From a virus: 64,000 nucleotides of DNA. Made by a program: the position numbers and the translations under genes. The notes beneath the pieces are model-generated. The model saw only the letters and a list, made by a program, of their open reading frames with translations. It had not been told where the DNA came from and searched no databases. The stretch covers positions 2,413-66,412 of IMG/VR virus record IMGVR_UViG_3300045973_001103. One strand, 5' to 3'. This document shows positions 46,811 through 55,611 of this stretch, piece by piece (the first letter of the stretch is position 1; every line of letters begins with the position of its first letter).

Positions 46811-47275
46811 ATGAACGCTGACAAAGTAAAGCTTCGTGTATTCCATCGCACGAAAAATGACATTTCGCTCCTCTGGTCCATGGAGAATCTGAATCCTGAC
46901 CAGCGGACAAACGTCAAGGTACTGTGCGAAGGCAAGACGCTGAAGTTCACTATCACCGAAGCCGATGATAAGGACGACGTAGCCCGGAACACCATGATCT
47001 GCTTGATCGACCATGAAGTCAATGGCCTCAAGCACGATGCTAAATACACCCTTCAGGTGTTCCTCGGGGGAGACCAAGGAGAGCCGATCGTTCGCAAGAT
47101 CGTCGTGCTCGAATACGGTGTGCTCCCTCCGTTCGACCGGGACAAGAAATCGTCCAGGGTCCATCTTATGGGCTGGGAAACCTCCAGCTCGACGTGGGTG
47201 AAGTTACCTGTGGTGCGCACGGCTGACGGCAGCTACGCGATACCTATGGTGATGGTGCCCGCAGACAAGAAGTAA
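46811..47275 (+). CDS. beta-rich (FN3/Ig-like) hypothetical protein
   Basis: AAGGAG SD; ISLLWS...NGLKHDAKYTLQV. Confidence 0.6.
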   Translation: MNADKVKLRVFHRTKNDISLLWSMENLNPDQRTNVKVLCEGKTLKFTITEADDKDDVARNTMICLIDHEVNGLKHDAKYTLQVFLGGDQGEPIVRKIVVLEYGVLPPFDRDKKSSRVHLMGWETSSSTWVKLPVVRTADGSYAIPMVMVPADKK

Positions 47276-47284
47276 ACAAACGAT

Positions 47285-47314
47285 GGCGGGGGCCGCCGGG
47301 GCCCCCGCTTTAAT
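47285..47314 (+). terminator. intrinsic terminator
   Basis: GCGGGGGCC-GCCGG-GGCCCCCGC-TTTAAT. Confidence 0.65.
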
Positions 47315-47325
47315 CACGAGGGACT

Positions 47326-47670
47326 ATGCTACAGCTGCCAAAACAACTCCTGATCTGCGGCAAGACCTGCGACGTAACCTACACCCCTGAACAGGGCGGC
47401 GGGGTTACGGATCTGTCTACAGGCGCAATCACTGTAGGCGCCGGCATCCAGAGCGAGGCGCTCGAGGTGCTGTGCCATGAGGTGTCAGAGTTCATCCTCT
47501 ACAGCCAGGGCCATCGCTTCACCCGGTATGAGGAAGGCAACGACGGAATCCGGTTCGTGATGAGCCACCACGATTTTGAGAATTACATCAGAGAGTTCAC
47601 ATTCGTACTCGAGCAGATCATGGGCACCAAGAAGATCAAGAGCAAGCCCCAAGGGAAGAGCAAGAAATGA
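47326..47670 (+). CDS. metallopeptidase-like small protein (HExxE)
   Basis: EVLCHEVSE in place of HExxH. Confidence 0.55.
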   Translation: MLQLPKQLLICGKTCDVTYTPEQGGGVTDLSTGAITVGAGIQSEALEVLCHEVSEFILYSQGHRFTRYEEGNDGIRFVMSHHDFENYIREFTFVLEQIMGTKKIKSKPQGKSKK

Positions 47671-48191
47671 CCGATTTAGAGCTGGCAGTCCACCTCACCA
47701 CCAACTTCACCGTGGGTGAGTACCTGCGTACCGACCACGCGGAGTACGCGGCCGCCAACCAGATAGTCACCTTGGCGCAGATGGGTAAGCTGAAGCAGGT
47801 GGCTACCCTCGAGGAGATCGTGCGGGCAACCCTGGGCTGCGCGCTCCACAACCATTCAGGCTACCGCTGCCCAGCCCTTAACTCGGCCGTAGGATCTAGC
47901 GGCCGCAGCCAGCACCTCCTCTGCGAGGCTGTGGATTTCGATCGCTGGGGGTCCGTGTACACCGCCGAGACCCTCAAGAAGGACTTTGACACTATCGTGC
48001 TGGCGGCCAGAGCCGGCAAGCTGCGGTTTGGTCAGCTGATCATGGAGAACGCCAAGCGCTACACCAAGACCGGCACCGAGGTGTCCATGTGGCTGCACAT
48101 CAGCCTGGGCGCCCCGTGGCGGCCGGCGGAGCGCTGTGGGCAGCTTCTGTCCATGAAAGATGGCGTGTACACCAGCTTGGGCGTCGTGTAA
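47667..48191 (+). CDS. peptidase M15A family (endolysin-like)
   Basis: NFTVGE, SGYRCPALNSAVG, SQHLLCEAVD, WLHIS. Confidence 0.9.
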   Translation: MTDLELAVHLTTNFTVGEYLRTDHAEYAAANQIVTLAQMGKLKQVATLEEIVRATLGCALHNHSGYRCPALNSAVGSSGRSQHLLCEAVDFDRWGSVYTAETLKKDFDTIVLAARAGKLRFGQLIMENAKRYTKTGTEVSMWLHISLGAPWRPAERCGQLLSMKDGVYTSLGVV

Positions 48192-48203
48192 TTTACTTTT
48201 TAC

Positions 48204-48224
48204 GTATAAAGGCCTATATTAATA
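48204..48224 (+). promoter_or_regulatory. putative late promoter 4
   Basis: GTATAAA-ggcc-TATATTAATA. Confidence 0.78.
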
Positions 48225-48241
48225 TATAGGGAGATTCAAAC

Positions 48242-49003
48242 ATGGCTCTGCCGTTAAAACTGTTCCAGAACGTAACCGTCCAGTGGGTAATACCCGCGGG
48301 GATCACTGCCGAACTATACGACACCACCAGTCTGTACCGGTCCTCATCCGAAGCGCAGAACTACACTTTTCTGGCCTCCATACCTTTCGCCAACTCCGGA
48401 GTGCCGCAGACCTTCTGGTCCGATGCCTCCGTCGGTCTGGCCGCCAAGGGCAGCTACCATTACATGGTGGTCTTCAGCAACAGCGCAACCGGCCTGATCT
48501 CAAACAGCTATCTGACGTACAAAGCACTGTCTCCGCGCGAGCAGCGCCTGGTCCTGCAGCTCCGTGACTCCCTGTCGCGCTTCATCACCAATCGCCTGGC
48601 GGACGAGGAAGTCCGGCAGTACATGGACCAGGGCATACAGAACCTGAACGTCTACTCGCCCACAACCAATTTCGACATCTTCACCCTGCCGGCCAGCCTG
48701 GAACCCCTTGTCATCCTGGGCGCCATCATCATGGGCGTCGCCAACAACATGCTCGGCATCGGCTTCACCGACATCAGCTACAGTGATCAGGGCTTCAGCT
48801 TGACAGCTACCCGCATGGACAAGATGACCCAGACCTTTGACAAGGTTCTCGGATCGTACAATGCTCTGCTCGCCATCGCGAAGCTGGACTACGCCGAGGG
48901 CGGAGAGGGCGTTGGCACGGTCATGCTCCCTATCGGTATGGGCGGCAACCTGAACCGGGGCATCATGAACGTCTTCGATCTCCTGTCAGCGGTGGGACGG
49001 TAA
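48242..49003 (+). CDS. putative head-tail adaptor/neck protein
   Basis: Ig-like N-terminus, helical C-terminus with ISYSDQGFSL hairpin; position. Confidence 0.6.
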   Translation: MALPLKLFQNVTVQWVIPAGITAELYDTTSLYRSSSEAQNYTFLASIPFANSGVPQTFWSDASVGLAAKGSYHYMVVFSNSATGLISNSYLTYKALSPREQRLVLQLRDSLSRFITNRLADEEVRQYMDQGIQNLNVYSPTTNFDIFTLPASLEPLVILGAIIMGVANNMLGIGFTDISYSDQGFSLTATRMDKMTQTFDKVLGSYNALLAIAKLDYAEGGEGVGTVMLPIGMGGNLNRGIMNVFDLLSAVGR

Positions 49004-49004
49004 T

Positions 49005-50042
49005 ATGGCTAACCCTACCTGGTTCCAACCAACCCAGCAGGATCTCACGTATGAAGAGGCCGGCATTCAGACACAGGCTGAAGCGGCGCCCGGCAAGTAC
49101 TGGGTCACTCCCGACGGTACCATGCTGATAGTGCCTACATACCATAATGACTTTGCGAAGCAGTTCCTCGGCGGAGAAGACAACGCGTACTCCGCCGGCT
49201 GCGTGCGTGTGGGTTTCGATGAGAGCTTATCGATGTACTGCCAGGCCCAGGACTGCCCGGCGTTCAATAACCCAGCCCTGGAGCTGTTAGCACGGATACC
49301 CTCCATGGTAGCGGCCGAAACAATGCAGGACCGCGGAATCCTGGCCAGCTTTACAGTCAAAAAGTTTGTAGCGTCAGCATTTAGGTTCGGGGATTACGTC
49401 CAGTACGTGATCGATAAGCAGAAAGTTACGGGGTGTCTTCATCTCATGGCCGCGTCATCAATAGATCGTTCCAAAGTCATTGAAGAGCAGCTCACCGTGG
49501 ACCACCTCACTATCACCTTCCACGACAAGCTTTTCGACTATTATCTCGCCGTGCCCAACATGCCGCCAGGCTGGTACATCACTGAGATCGGTGGCATGAA
49601 AGTCGGCTTCGGATCCAAGTATCAGCTGAAGAAGTTCATGCTCAAGCTGAAGGAAGAGTTCTTCAGTGACGGCCAGATCCCCGGCAGCAACATCAAGATC
49701 GCCCCAATCCCCGAGATTGAGGAGCCGATCGTGCGCCGCATGGGCAGCGAAGTCGTATTCCCCGAAGGCTACTTCGACCCCGAGGAAGCCGCGCTGATAT
49801 CCCAGCAGCTGTTCCAGAAGGCATATGAGGACCTGGTGCCAGAAGAGGCCGAGGAAGTCCTGAAAGCCGTCAGGAACCGGTATGTGGCCGCCTCTGTGCC
49901 CATCATAGAGCACGGCATACCTCTTGAGGTCAAGAAGAAGCTGGAGAAGGGTTCAGTAGGTCCCCAACTGTGGGAGATCTCCGAGGGTAATGAGGATAGC
50001 AATAAGGCCCTCAACGGCCGCCCGACCGGGCCCATGCTGTAG
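49005..50042 (+). CDS. hypothetical virion-region protein
   Basis: YWVTPDG...H...GCVRV motif. Confidence 0.7.
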   Translation: MANPTWFQPTQQDLTYEEAGIQTQAEAAPGKYWVTPDGTMLIVPTYHNDFAKQFLGGEDNAYSAGCVRVGFDESLSMYCQAQDCPAFNNPALELLARIPSMVAAETMQDRGILASFTVKKFVASAFRFGDYVQYVIDKQKVTGCLHLMAASSIDRSKVIEEQLTVDHLTITFHDKLFDYYLAVPNMPPGWYITEIGGMKVGFGSKYQLKKFMLKLKEEFFSDGQIPGSNIKIAPIPEIEEPIVRRMGSEVVFPEGYFDPEEAALISQQLFQKAYEDLVPEEAEEVLKAVRNRYVAASVPIIEHGIPLEVKKKLEKGSVGPQLWEISEGNEDSNKALNGRPTGPML

Positions 50043-50057
50043 CTTTTTACATTTAAT

Positions 50058-50078
50058 GTATAAACCCGTATAGTAATA
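50058..50078 (+). promoter_or_regulatory. putative late promoter 5
   Basis: GTATAAA-cccg-TATAGTAATA. Confidence 0.78.
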
Positions 50079-50097
50079 GAGAGCTTTTGGAGGCAGA

Positions 50098-51333
50098 ATG
50101 GAAGTTAAAGCATTCAAAGTGTCAGTAGGCGACGCAGCCGGATACACCGTCAACGTCACCCTAACCAAAGAAGATGAGGGTCATCAGCAAGAAGTTGTTG
50201 ACTCGCTTTTTTATTTGGGCGCCAAGGTGAAGGACAGCAAGCAGGAAGGGGACAACCTCATCCTGATCTGCGACGTCATCGCCCGGGACATCAACAGCTT
50301 TGTGGACCACCTCAAGACCGAGCTCTCCAGCATCATGGCACGCCCTGTGGCTGCCCCAGCAGAATTAGCGGAACCGAAGGCAGCATCAATTTCAGGAGGA
50401 AAAGTCATGGAACTTATTTTCAACAAGCAGACATTCATGTCCGTCAAAGAGAAGATGGACCCCGCGAAGTACGTAGAGCAGGGCGAAAAAGAAAAACTCG
50501 ATTTCAAACCCACTGCCCCGGCAGTCCCCACGAGCCAGAAAACTGAGAACGGTCTCGGCGCACAGTTCGTGGAACAGGGAGAGAAAGGGAAACTGCAGTA
50601 CCCCAACGTAGGTAAGGAGATCAAAATGGATAAGTCAGCCGCACAGCAGCTCCCCGGTTCCGACAAAGTGGACGCCGGGAGCGTAATCGAACAGGGACAG
50701 AAAGAGAAGCTTCAGTTCCCTACCAAGCCGGGCCCCGATCCTAAAGTGAAGATGCAGGGCCTTGATAACAGCAACGAAGCCCGCAAGCAGATAGAGCAGG
50801 GCGAGAAGGGCAAGATCCAGCACGGCCAGTCCGCCGGCAAAGATATCAAGATCGAATGGCAGGTCAACAGCGACACCTCGATCGGCGCACAGTTCATGGA
50901 GAAGGGCGACAAGGGCGGCAACAAGACCGTCTCCGGCCCGGCCAAAGAACCTGGCGTGTCCGCCCAGAAAGAGTCCGGCGCCGATAAGTTCATCGAGCGC
51001 GGCGAGAACACCAAGCCCATCCAGAAGCAGTTCTCCCTTAACTTCAAGCGCGCCAGCGCCGAAGAGAAAGAAGTGGCCGTCACCGAAGCCATCGACAACG
51101 CCATCCTCGAACTCGAAGTGGCCGCGTCCAAGTGCGGAGTGGACATGAAGAACACCCGCATGGTCGTGGTGTACACCGCGCTCCAGGCCCTCAAGGAAGG
51201 CGTAAAGAAACAGGGCAGCCTGTTCGCCCTCACCGTCCCGGCCGTAGTGCCCGAGACACTGAAAGTGACCGCATCGGTGAAAGTGATCGACGCGGACGCA
51301 GCGGCCATCGAAACCGGCAGGCGGATATTCTAA
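50098..51333 (+). CDS. repeat-containing putative internal head protein
   Basis: Six EQGEK-like repeats; GGAGG SD. Confidence 0.75.
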   Translation: MEVKAFKVSVGDAAGYTVNVTLTKEDEGHQQEVVDSLFYLGAKVKDSKQEGDNLILICDVIARDINSFVDHLKTELSSIMARPVAAPAELAEPKAASISGGKVMELIFNKQTFMSVKEKMDPAKYVEQGEKEKLDFKPTAPAVPTSQKTENGLGAQFVEQGEKGKLQYPNVGKEIKMDKSAAQQLPGSDKVDAGSVIEQGQKEKLQFPTKPGPDPKVKMQGLDNSNEARKQIEQGEKGKIQHGQSAGKDIKIEWQVNSDTSIGAQFMEKGDKGGNKTVSGPAKEPGVSAQKESGADKFIERGENTKPIQKQFSLNFKRASAEEKEVAVTEAIDNAILELEVAASKCGVDMKNTRMVVVYTALQALKEGVKKQGSLFALTVPAVVPETLKVTASVKVIDADAAAIETGRRIF

Positions 51334-51353
51334 TCAACAGCCGGAGACCTACC

Positions 51354-52619
51354 ATGGCGCATAAACTCAACCTCGTGAAAACTCGGATCATCTCCTCGAA
51401 AGAGGAGTTGGTCGCGTTTAAAGTGGAAGCGACCGTAGCCCTGCTGAAGTTCGCAGAGAGCAACGATTGTGACCTGGACGCGATCTCGCAGCTTCTCGCT
51501 GCGAAGTACGCCGAGATAGACCAAGCTCTCGCAGACGGGAACAAGGTCGAGACCGAGGTTGAGATTTATCCCCAGCCGGAAGCTCCGGTTCAGAAGCAGG
51601 CCTGCATGCAGCGCATTGCCGAACCCCTCCATCAGCCGCTCCCCGTCCAGATCGACAATGGGAATCCTGAAGCCCAGGACCCCGCCGACCTGCTCGAGGC
51701 GCAGCAGGAACGTGAAATAGCTGAAGGAAACATAACCATGGAAGATATCGCCAAACTTATGTCAGAATCCCCCGAGAAGCAGGCGGTGGCCACCGATATT
51801 ATGGCCGTTGCTCCGCAGCTGGGAGAAAAGACCGCCTGGGCCCTGATGACCAATGTGGCCCATGGGAAGTACTCCGCCGACGAGCTGAAGGCTGTTAAAG
51901 CCGCACTGAAGGTTCTGGCCGCGGAAGGGGAAGAGGGCGAAGAGCCGGCCGCCGAGGGCGATGACGAAACCGCCGGCGTACACGAGCCTAAGTCCAAAGA
52001 AGACGAATCCATCGAAGGGTTCAACTTCGCCGCCGTCGACGACCTTGTCGTGCGGTTCAACAAGCTTTTAGCGGAAGTGGACCCCGAGATGTCCATGCTC
52101 CCTCCGATCACCATCGAGGAAGTAAAGCGCAAGCTCTCCGTGGCCAAGGGTGCCGAGCACACAGTACCTGAAGTCACCGGAGATCCGGATTTCGTACAGT
52201 CCCAGCAGCCCAGCAACGTGGGCGCTAACCTGCTCCTGCCGGCTTTCCACCAGCTCCCTCCTGAAGAGAAGGGCGCCATCATGGAAGGCATCGAAGTAGG
52301 GGACCAGGACAACACCATCGACCAGTGGTACGCCGAGAACGGCATGGACGTCATCGCCGACATGGCCAAGGGCGCCCAGGAGATTCTCACCCAGATGGGC
52401 GAAGAGCAGATCACCGGGCAGCAGGTAGTGGAACGCTTCCTCGCTGATTCCGGCGGGAAGGGCCACATCACTGCGGAGAACGTTAAGGAAGTAGTCGGGG
52501 AGATCAAGGCAGAGGCCGCCCCGGCCGCCGCCCCGGAACAGGAAGCGCCTGAAGTAGAACAGGCCGCAGTTCCCGAGGTAACCCCGGCCGCGGAGCCCGT
52601 CGCTACACCGGAGGCATAA
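51354..52619 (+). CDS. acidic putative internal head protein
   Basis: GGAG SD before ATG 51354; Glu/Ala-rich. Confidence 0.72.
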   Translation: MAHKLNLVKTRIISSKEELVAFKVEATVALLKFAESNDCDLDAISQLLAAKYAEIDQALADGNKVETEVEIYPQPEAPVQKQACMQRIAEPLHQPLPVQIDNGNPEAQDPADLLEAQQEREIAEGNITMEDIAKLMSESPEKQAVATDIMAVAPQLGEKTAWALMTNVAHGKYSADELKAVKAALKVLAAEGEEGEEPAAEGDDETAGVHEPKSKEDESIEGFNFAAVDDLVVRFNKLLAEVDPEMSMLPPITIEEVKRKLSVAKGAEHTVPEVTGDPDFVQSQQPSNVGANLLLPAFHQLPPEEKGAIMEGIEVGDQDNTIDQWYAENGMDVIADMAKGAQEILTQMGEEQITGQQVVERFLADSGGKGHITAENVKEVVGEIKAEAAPAAAPEQEAPEVEQAAVPEVTPAAEPVATPEA

Positions 52620-53875
52620 TGGCCTGGGACTTTACCCGCACCAGCGACATAGGCCCCGCACACATCCGTGAGGATCTGCGCGAATTTAAAGAGATCGGAA
52701 ATAACCTGACTGACGCCCAAAAGGTCGTAAAAGAAATGGTCAACGAAGATAAAGACGCTCTCAAGAAGGCCGCGGATCTCGGCACCCACGTCAACGAAGG
52801 CAATGACGGCGGGATGTACGCCGAAACCGTGGATACCGATTTGACCCACCGGGACAAGGTGGTTCCTACCTGGGACGATAAAGATCCCAACGGCGTCTCC
52901 AAGGGCCATGCCGACCAGCGTGAGCACAACGAGACCATGCTGACCAACCAGGTGATGGACCGCGTGGACATCCCCAAGGTGGACTTCCGTGACCCCAAGC
53001 AGCCCAGCTCCAACGCTGACGGCAATCTCTACGACGGCGCCAACCGGCCCGATAAGGCCCCCGAGGGCGAAGTGCTGGGCTTGACCCCGTCCTACAGCGC
53101 AGCTGAGATCTACATCGCTATCACCCCACGGCAGTCTGCCTGGGGCTTCGGCCGCGAATCCCTGTTCGACCAGTTTATCGGGAACGTGGGCGAGATCCTG
53201 GAGACCTGCAAGGCCCACAAGGCCAGCCGGGCCGCCGCGCGCGAGGCCGTGATCAAGGTGCACGCCAGCCTGTTCGCGAAGCACGAGTGGATGTCACCCA
53301 TCCTTGACCGCTTCCTGGACCGCGCTTACGGCACTACCGCCAAGGTGAAGTCAGCCCTATCTACCCTGGAAGGCTGCATTTCCGATTTCGTAGTGGTCGC
53401 GCACAAGAACGGCTGGGACAAGACCCGCGCGCTGAACGCCTCCGTCATGGAGTTCTCCTCATGGATAGAGAACTACCCGGACACACAGACCTTGATCGAG
53501 CAGAAGATCGATGCGGCCTACGGGGTCAGCCCCGAAGTCATTTCGAAGTTCATGCCGCAGTCTGAAGCCGGCCAGGCAGCCATTAAGCTGCGCGCCGCCT
53601 ATAATAAGTTTCCTTTACCCTACGCCGAGTTCCGCCGCTGGTGCTCCGCGCAGCAGGTTTCCGTGCCTACCCTGTACGCTTTAGAGAGGATAGCCCTCGA
53701 GCTGAACTATATCGCCATGCCTGAAACGCTGGTGGTGTTCGCCGACGAGCAGGAACTATACGTGAGCGACGACAAGACCAAAACCCAGGCGCTCCCGAAA
53801 AACGTAGATCCTACCAAAACGCCCGAGGAGATAAAACTCCCTGACGGCACACCCCTGAAGCGCATGAAGGAATAG
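52619..53875 (+). CDS. putative internal head protein
   Basis: TAATG overlap; 418 aa. Confidence 0.72.
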   Translation: MAWDFTRTSDIGPAHIREDLREFKEIGNNLTDAQKVVKEMVNEDKDALKKAADLGTHVNEGNDGGMYAETVDTDLTHRDKVVPTWDDKDPNGVSKGHADQREHNETMLTNQVMDRVDIPKVDFRDPKQPSSNADGNLYDGANRPDKAPEGEVLGLTPSYSAAEIYIAITPRQSAWGFGRESLFDQFIGNVGEILETCKAHKASRAAAREAVIKVHASLFAKHEWMSPILDRFLDRAYGTTAKVKSALSTLEGCISDFVVVAHKNGWDKTRALNASVMEFSSWIENYPDTQTLIEQKIDAAYGVSPEVISKFMPQSEAGQAAIKLRAAYNKFPLPYAEFRRWCSAQQVSVPTLYALERIALELNYIAMPETLVVFADEQELYVSDDKTKTQALPKNVDPTKTPEEIKLPDGTPLKRMKE

Positions 53876-53887
53876 CACGGGAACCTT

Positions 53888-55360
53888 ATGAACGAACCAA
53901 CGCACCCTCTGACCAACGAAGCCCCTGTCGTGGAAACCGCACAAGCCCCTGTGACCCCGGAGGATATTGCTATCCCCGAAGTTCCGGAGAAGAACACGCC
54001 TCCGTGCTCTGCCGTTGCCCCACATCAGCTGGCTACCCCCGAGGATGCAGACCTGGTTTCCGCCGTTCAGAAGCTGTCTGGTAAATTCCCCAACGTAGAC
54101 CCCAATCTGCTCACCTGCCTGATCAAAGAGATCCAGTCCATGACCGGCTACCGCAAGCCGGCCGAGCCCACCGCGGCCGAGCCCGCTACCTGCGGCGTCG
54201 CCACCATCATCAACATGGCTCCGGCCATCCGCGCCGGACGCTTCGGCATGAAGGAGATAGTGGAGATCGGCCTGGGCTTCAACTACGCCGAGTTCAAGGC
54301 TGACCTGAAGCGCCTGTACAGCCACCAATCCAACACCCTGACCATTATCGCCATGCAGAATGCGTTCCGCAACAAGTACGGCCTTAACATCACCCTGGAG
54401 GGCGCGCTCCTCAACGATGACGATGAGACCTACTGGCGTCTCAAGCTGGCGGCCGCCGTGGAGAAGGTGGAGAAGAACCAGCTGGAGGTCGGTGACGAGG
54501 TTGTTATCCTGACCGCCAATCACAATTTCGGCAAAGTAGCCACCCTCATGAACCTCACCAACGAAGAGGCCACCGTGATCGTGGACAACATCGCCAACAA
54601 CCCTCTGATCGTGGGCGCCCCTTTCGTCAACCTGAAGCTGCTCACCGGCACAGAGAAGCAGGCCATGCTGCAGATCGGCACCGTGACCGCCAAGTACCTC
54701 CCGGAAGGTCTCCGGCCGGATACCCTGGCGGCGTGGCATCGCGCTCTGGGGCAGTACATCTACACTAGCAACCTGCCCGGTATGGAGCCCATCACCCTCC
54801 ATAGGGTCCTGAACGCCAGCCAAACCTGTGAGCACAAGGGCTGCCTGGGCGACTTCTCCAAAGAGGTCAATGCTGAGAACCTGGTTTCAATCTACGGCCG
54901 CATCGCAGATGTCAGCACAGTGGCCGCCATTAAGGTGACTCCCGTTAATGGGCAGACCGACTTTGCTGCGCGCACCGCGGTGGCCGACATTCTGGACGAG
55001 ATGGTCAGTGACAGGACCATCACCGACATAAAGGTCCGCTTCTCCGGCAGCACAGGATATTACATTGTGGTGTCCTTCAACAACATGGCCAAGATCAAGA
55101 CGCACCAGGACCGCATACAGGCCATGATCACACCTTATCTGGAGAACAGCAAGGTAGGGTTCGTCCTGGGCGCCACCACCAAGCCCAACGCCATTTCCAT
55201 AGCCACCGACGTGCGCACAGTGCCCGCAGCATACTCGGTCAATCAGGATACCGGCCTCGTGTGCGTGCCTCTTGATCCTATGAAGCTGTCAGATTTTGAC
55301 CCGAAGCGGGCCACCATCTCCCAGCTGAGTGAGGCATATGGACTCGGCATTACAGCGTAG
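53888..55360 (+). CDS. protein with C-terminal degenerate AEP (PriS/LigD-Pol-like) domain
   Basis: VRFSGSTGYYIVV and AAYSVNQDTGLVCVPLDPMKLSDFDP. Confidence 0.65.
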   Translation: MNEPTHPLTNEAPVVETAQAPVTPEDIAIPEVPEKNTPPCSAVAPHQLATPEDADLVSAVQKLSGKFPNVDPNLLTCLIKEIQSMTGYRKPAEPTAAEPATCGVATIINMAPAIRAGRFGMKEIVEIGLGFNYAEFKADLKRLYSHQSNTLTIIAMQNAFRNKYGLNITLEGALLNDDDETYWRLKLAAAVEKVEKNQLEVGDEVVILTANHNFGKVATLMNLTNEEATVIVDNIANNPLIVGAPFVNLKLLTGTEKQAMLQIGTVTAKYLPEGLRPDTLAAWHRALGQYIYTSNLPGMEPITLHRVLNASQTCEHKGCLGDFSKEVNAENLVSIYGRIADVSTVAAIKVTPVNGQTDFAARTAVADILDEMVSDRTITDIKVRFSGSTGYYIVVSFNNMAKIKTHQDRIQAMITPYLENSKVGFVLGATTKPNAISIATDVRTVPAAYSVNQDTGLVCVPLDPMKLSDFDPKRATISQLSEAYGLGITA

Positions 55361-55610
55361 CATCATGGACCTGCTTAAATCCGGAGCAGAACTTTTAAAC
55401 CGCAGCAAGGTTCCTTCAGAAAAGCAGTTCCCCAGTATACCAGAGGAGTTGGCCGGACAGCACTCTTATTTGTTTGACATCATCCGCGATCACGTTATAG
55501 ACTGGGATGAGGACAAAATAACTCTGGATTTTTCTCGGCGCAGCAACACAGGCAAGTTCGTTTTATCTCGTGCAGCAGGTTCTAAATTCACGATGACGAG
55601 GAGCAAGTAA
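55338..55610 (+). CDS. hypothetical protein
   Basis: Fills the gap; start 55338 or 55365. Confidence 0.5.
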   Translation: MDSALQRSIMDLLKSGAELLNRSKVPSEKQFPSIPEELAGQHSYLFDIIRDHVIDWDEDKITLDFSRRSNTGKFVLSRAAGSKFTMTRSK

Positions 55611-55611
55611 T

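Noticed and set aside
51319-51334. Second prfB-like frameshift (AGG CGG ATA TTC TAA T)
   Set aside because: The +1 frame closes after about ten codons, the codon is not CTT, and the next gene has its own GGAG SD and ATG.
19127-53284. Long antisense ORFs (e.g. 19127..20194, 34214..35632, 51632..53284)
   Set aside because: Shadow ORFs opposite well-supported GC3-rich genes, with no recognisable motifs.
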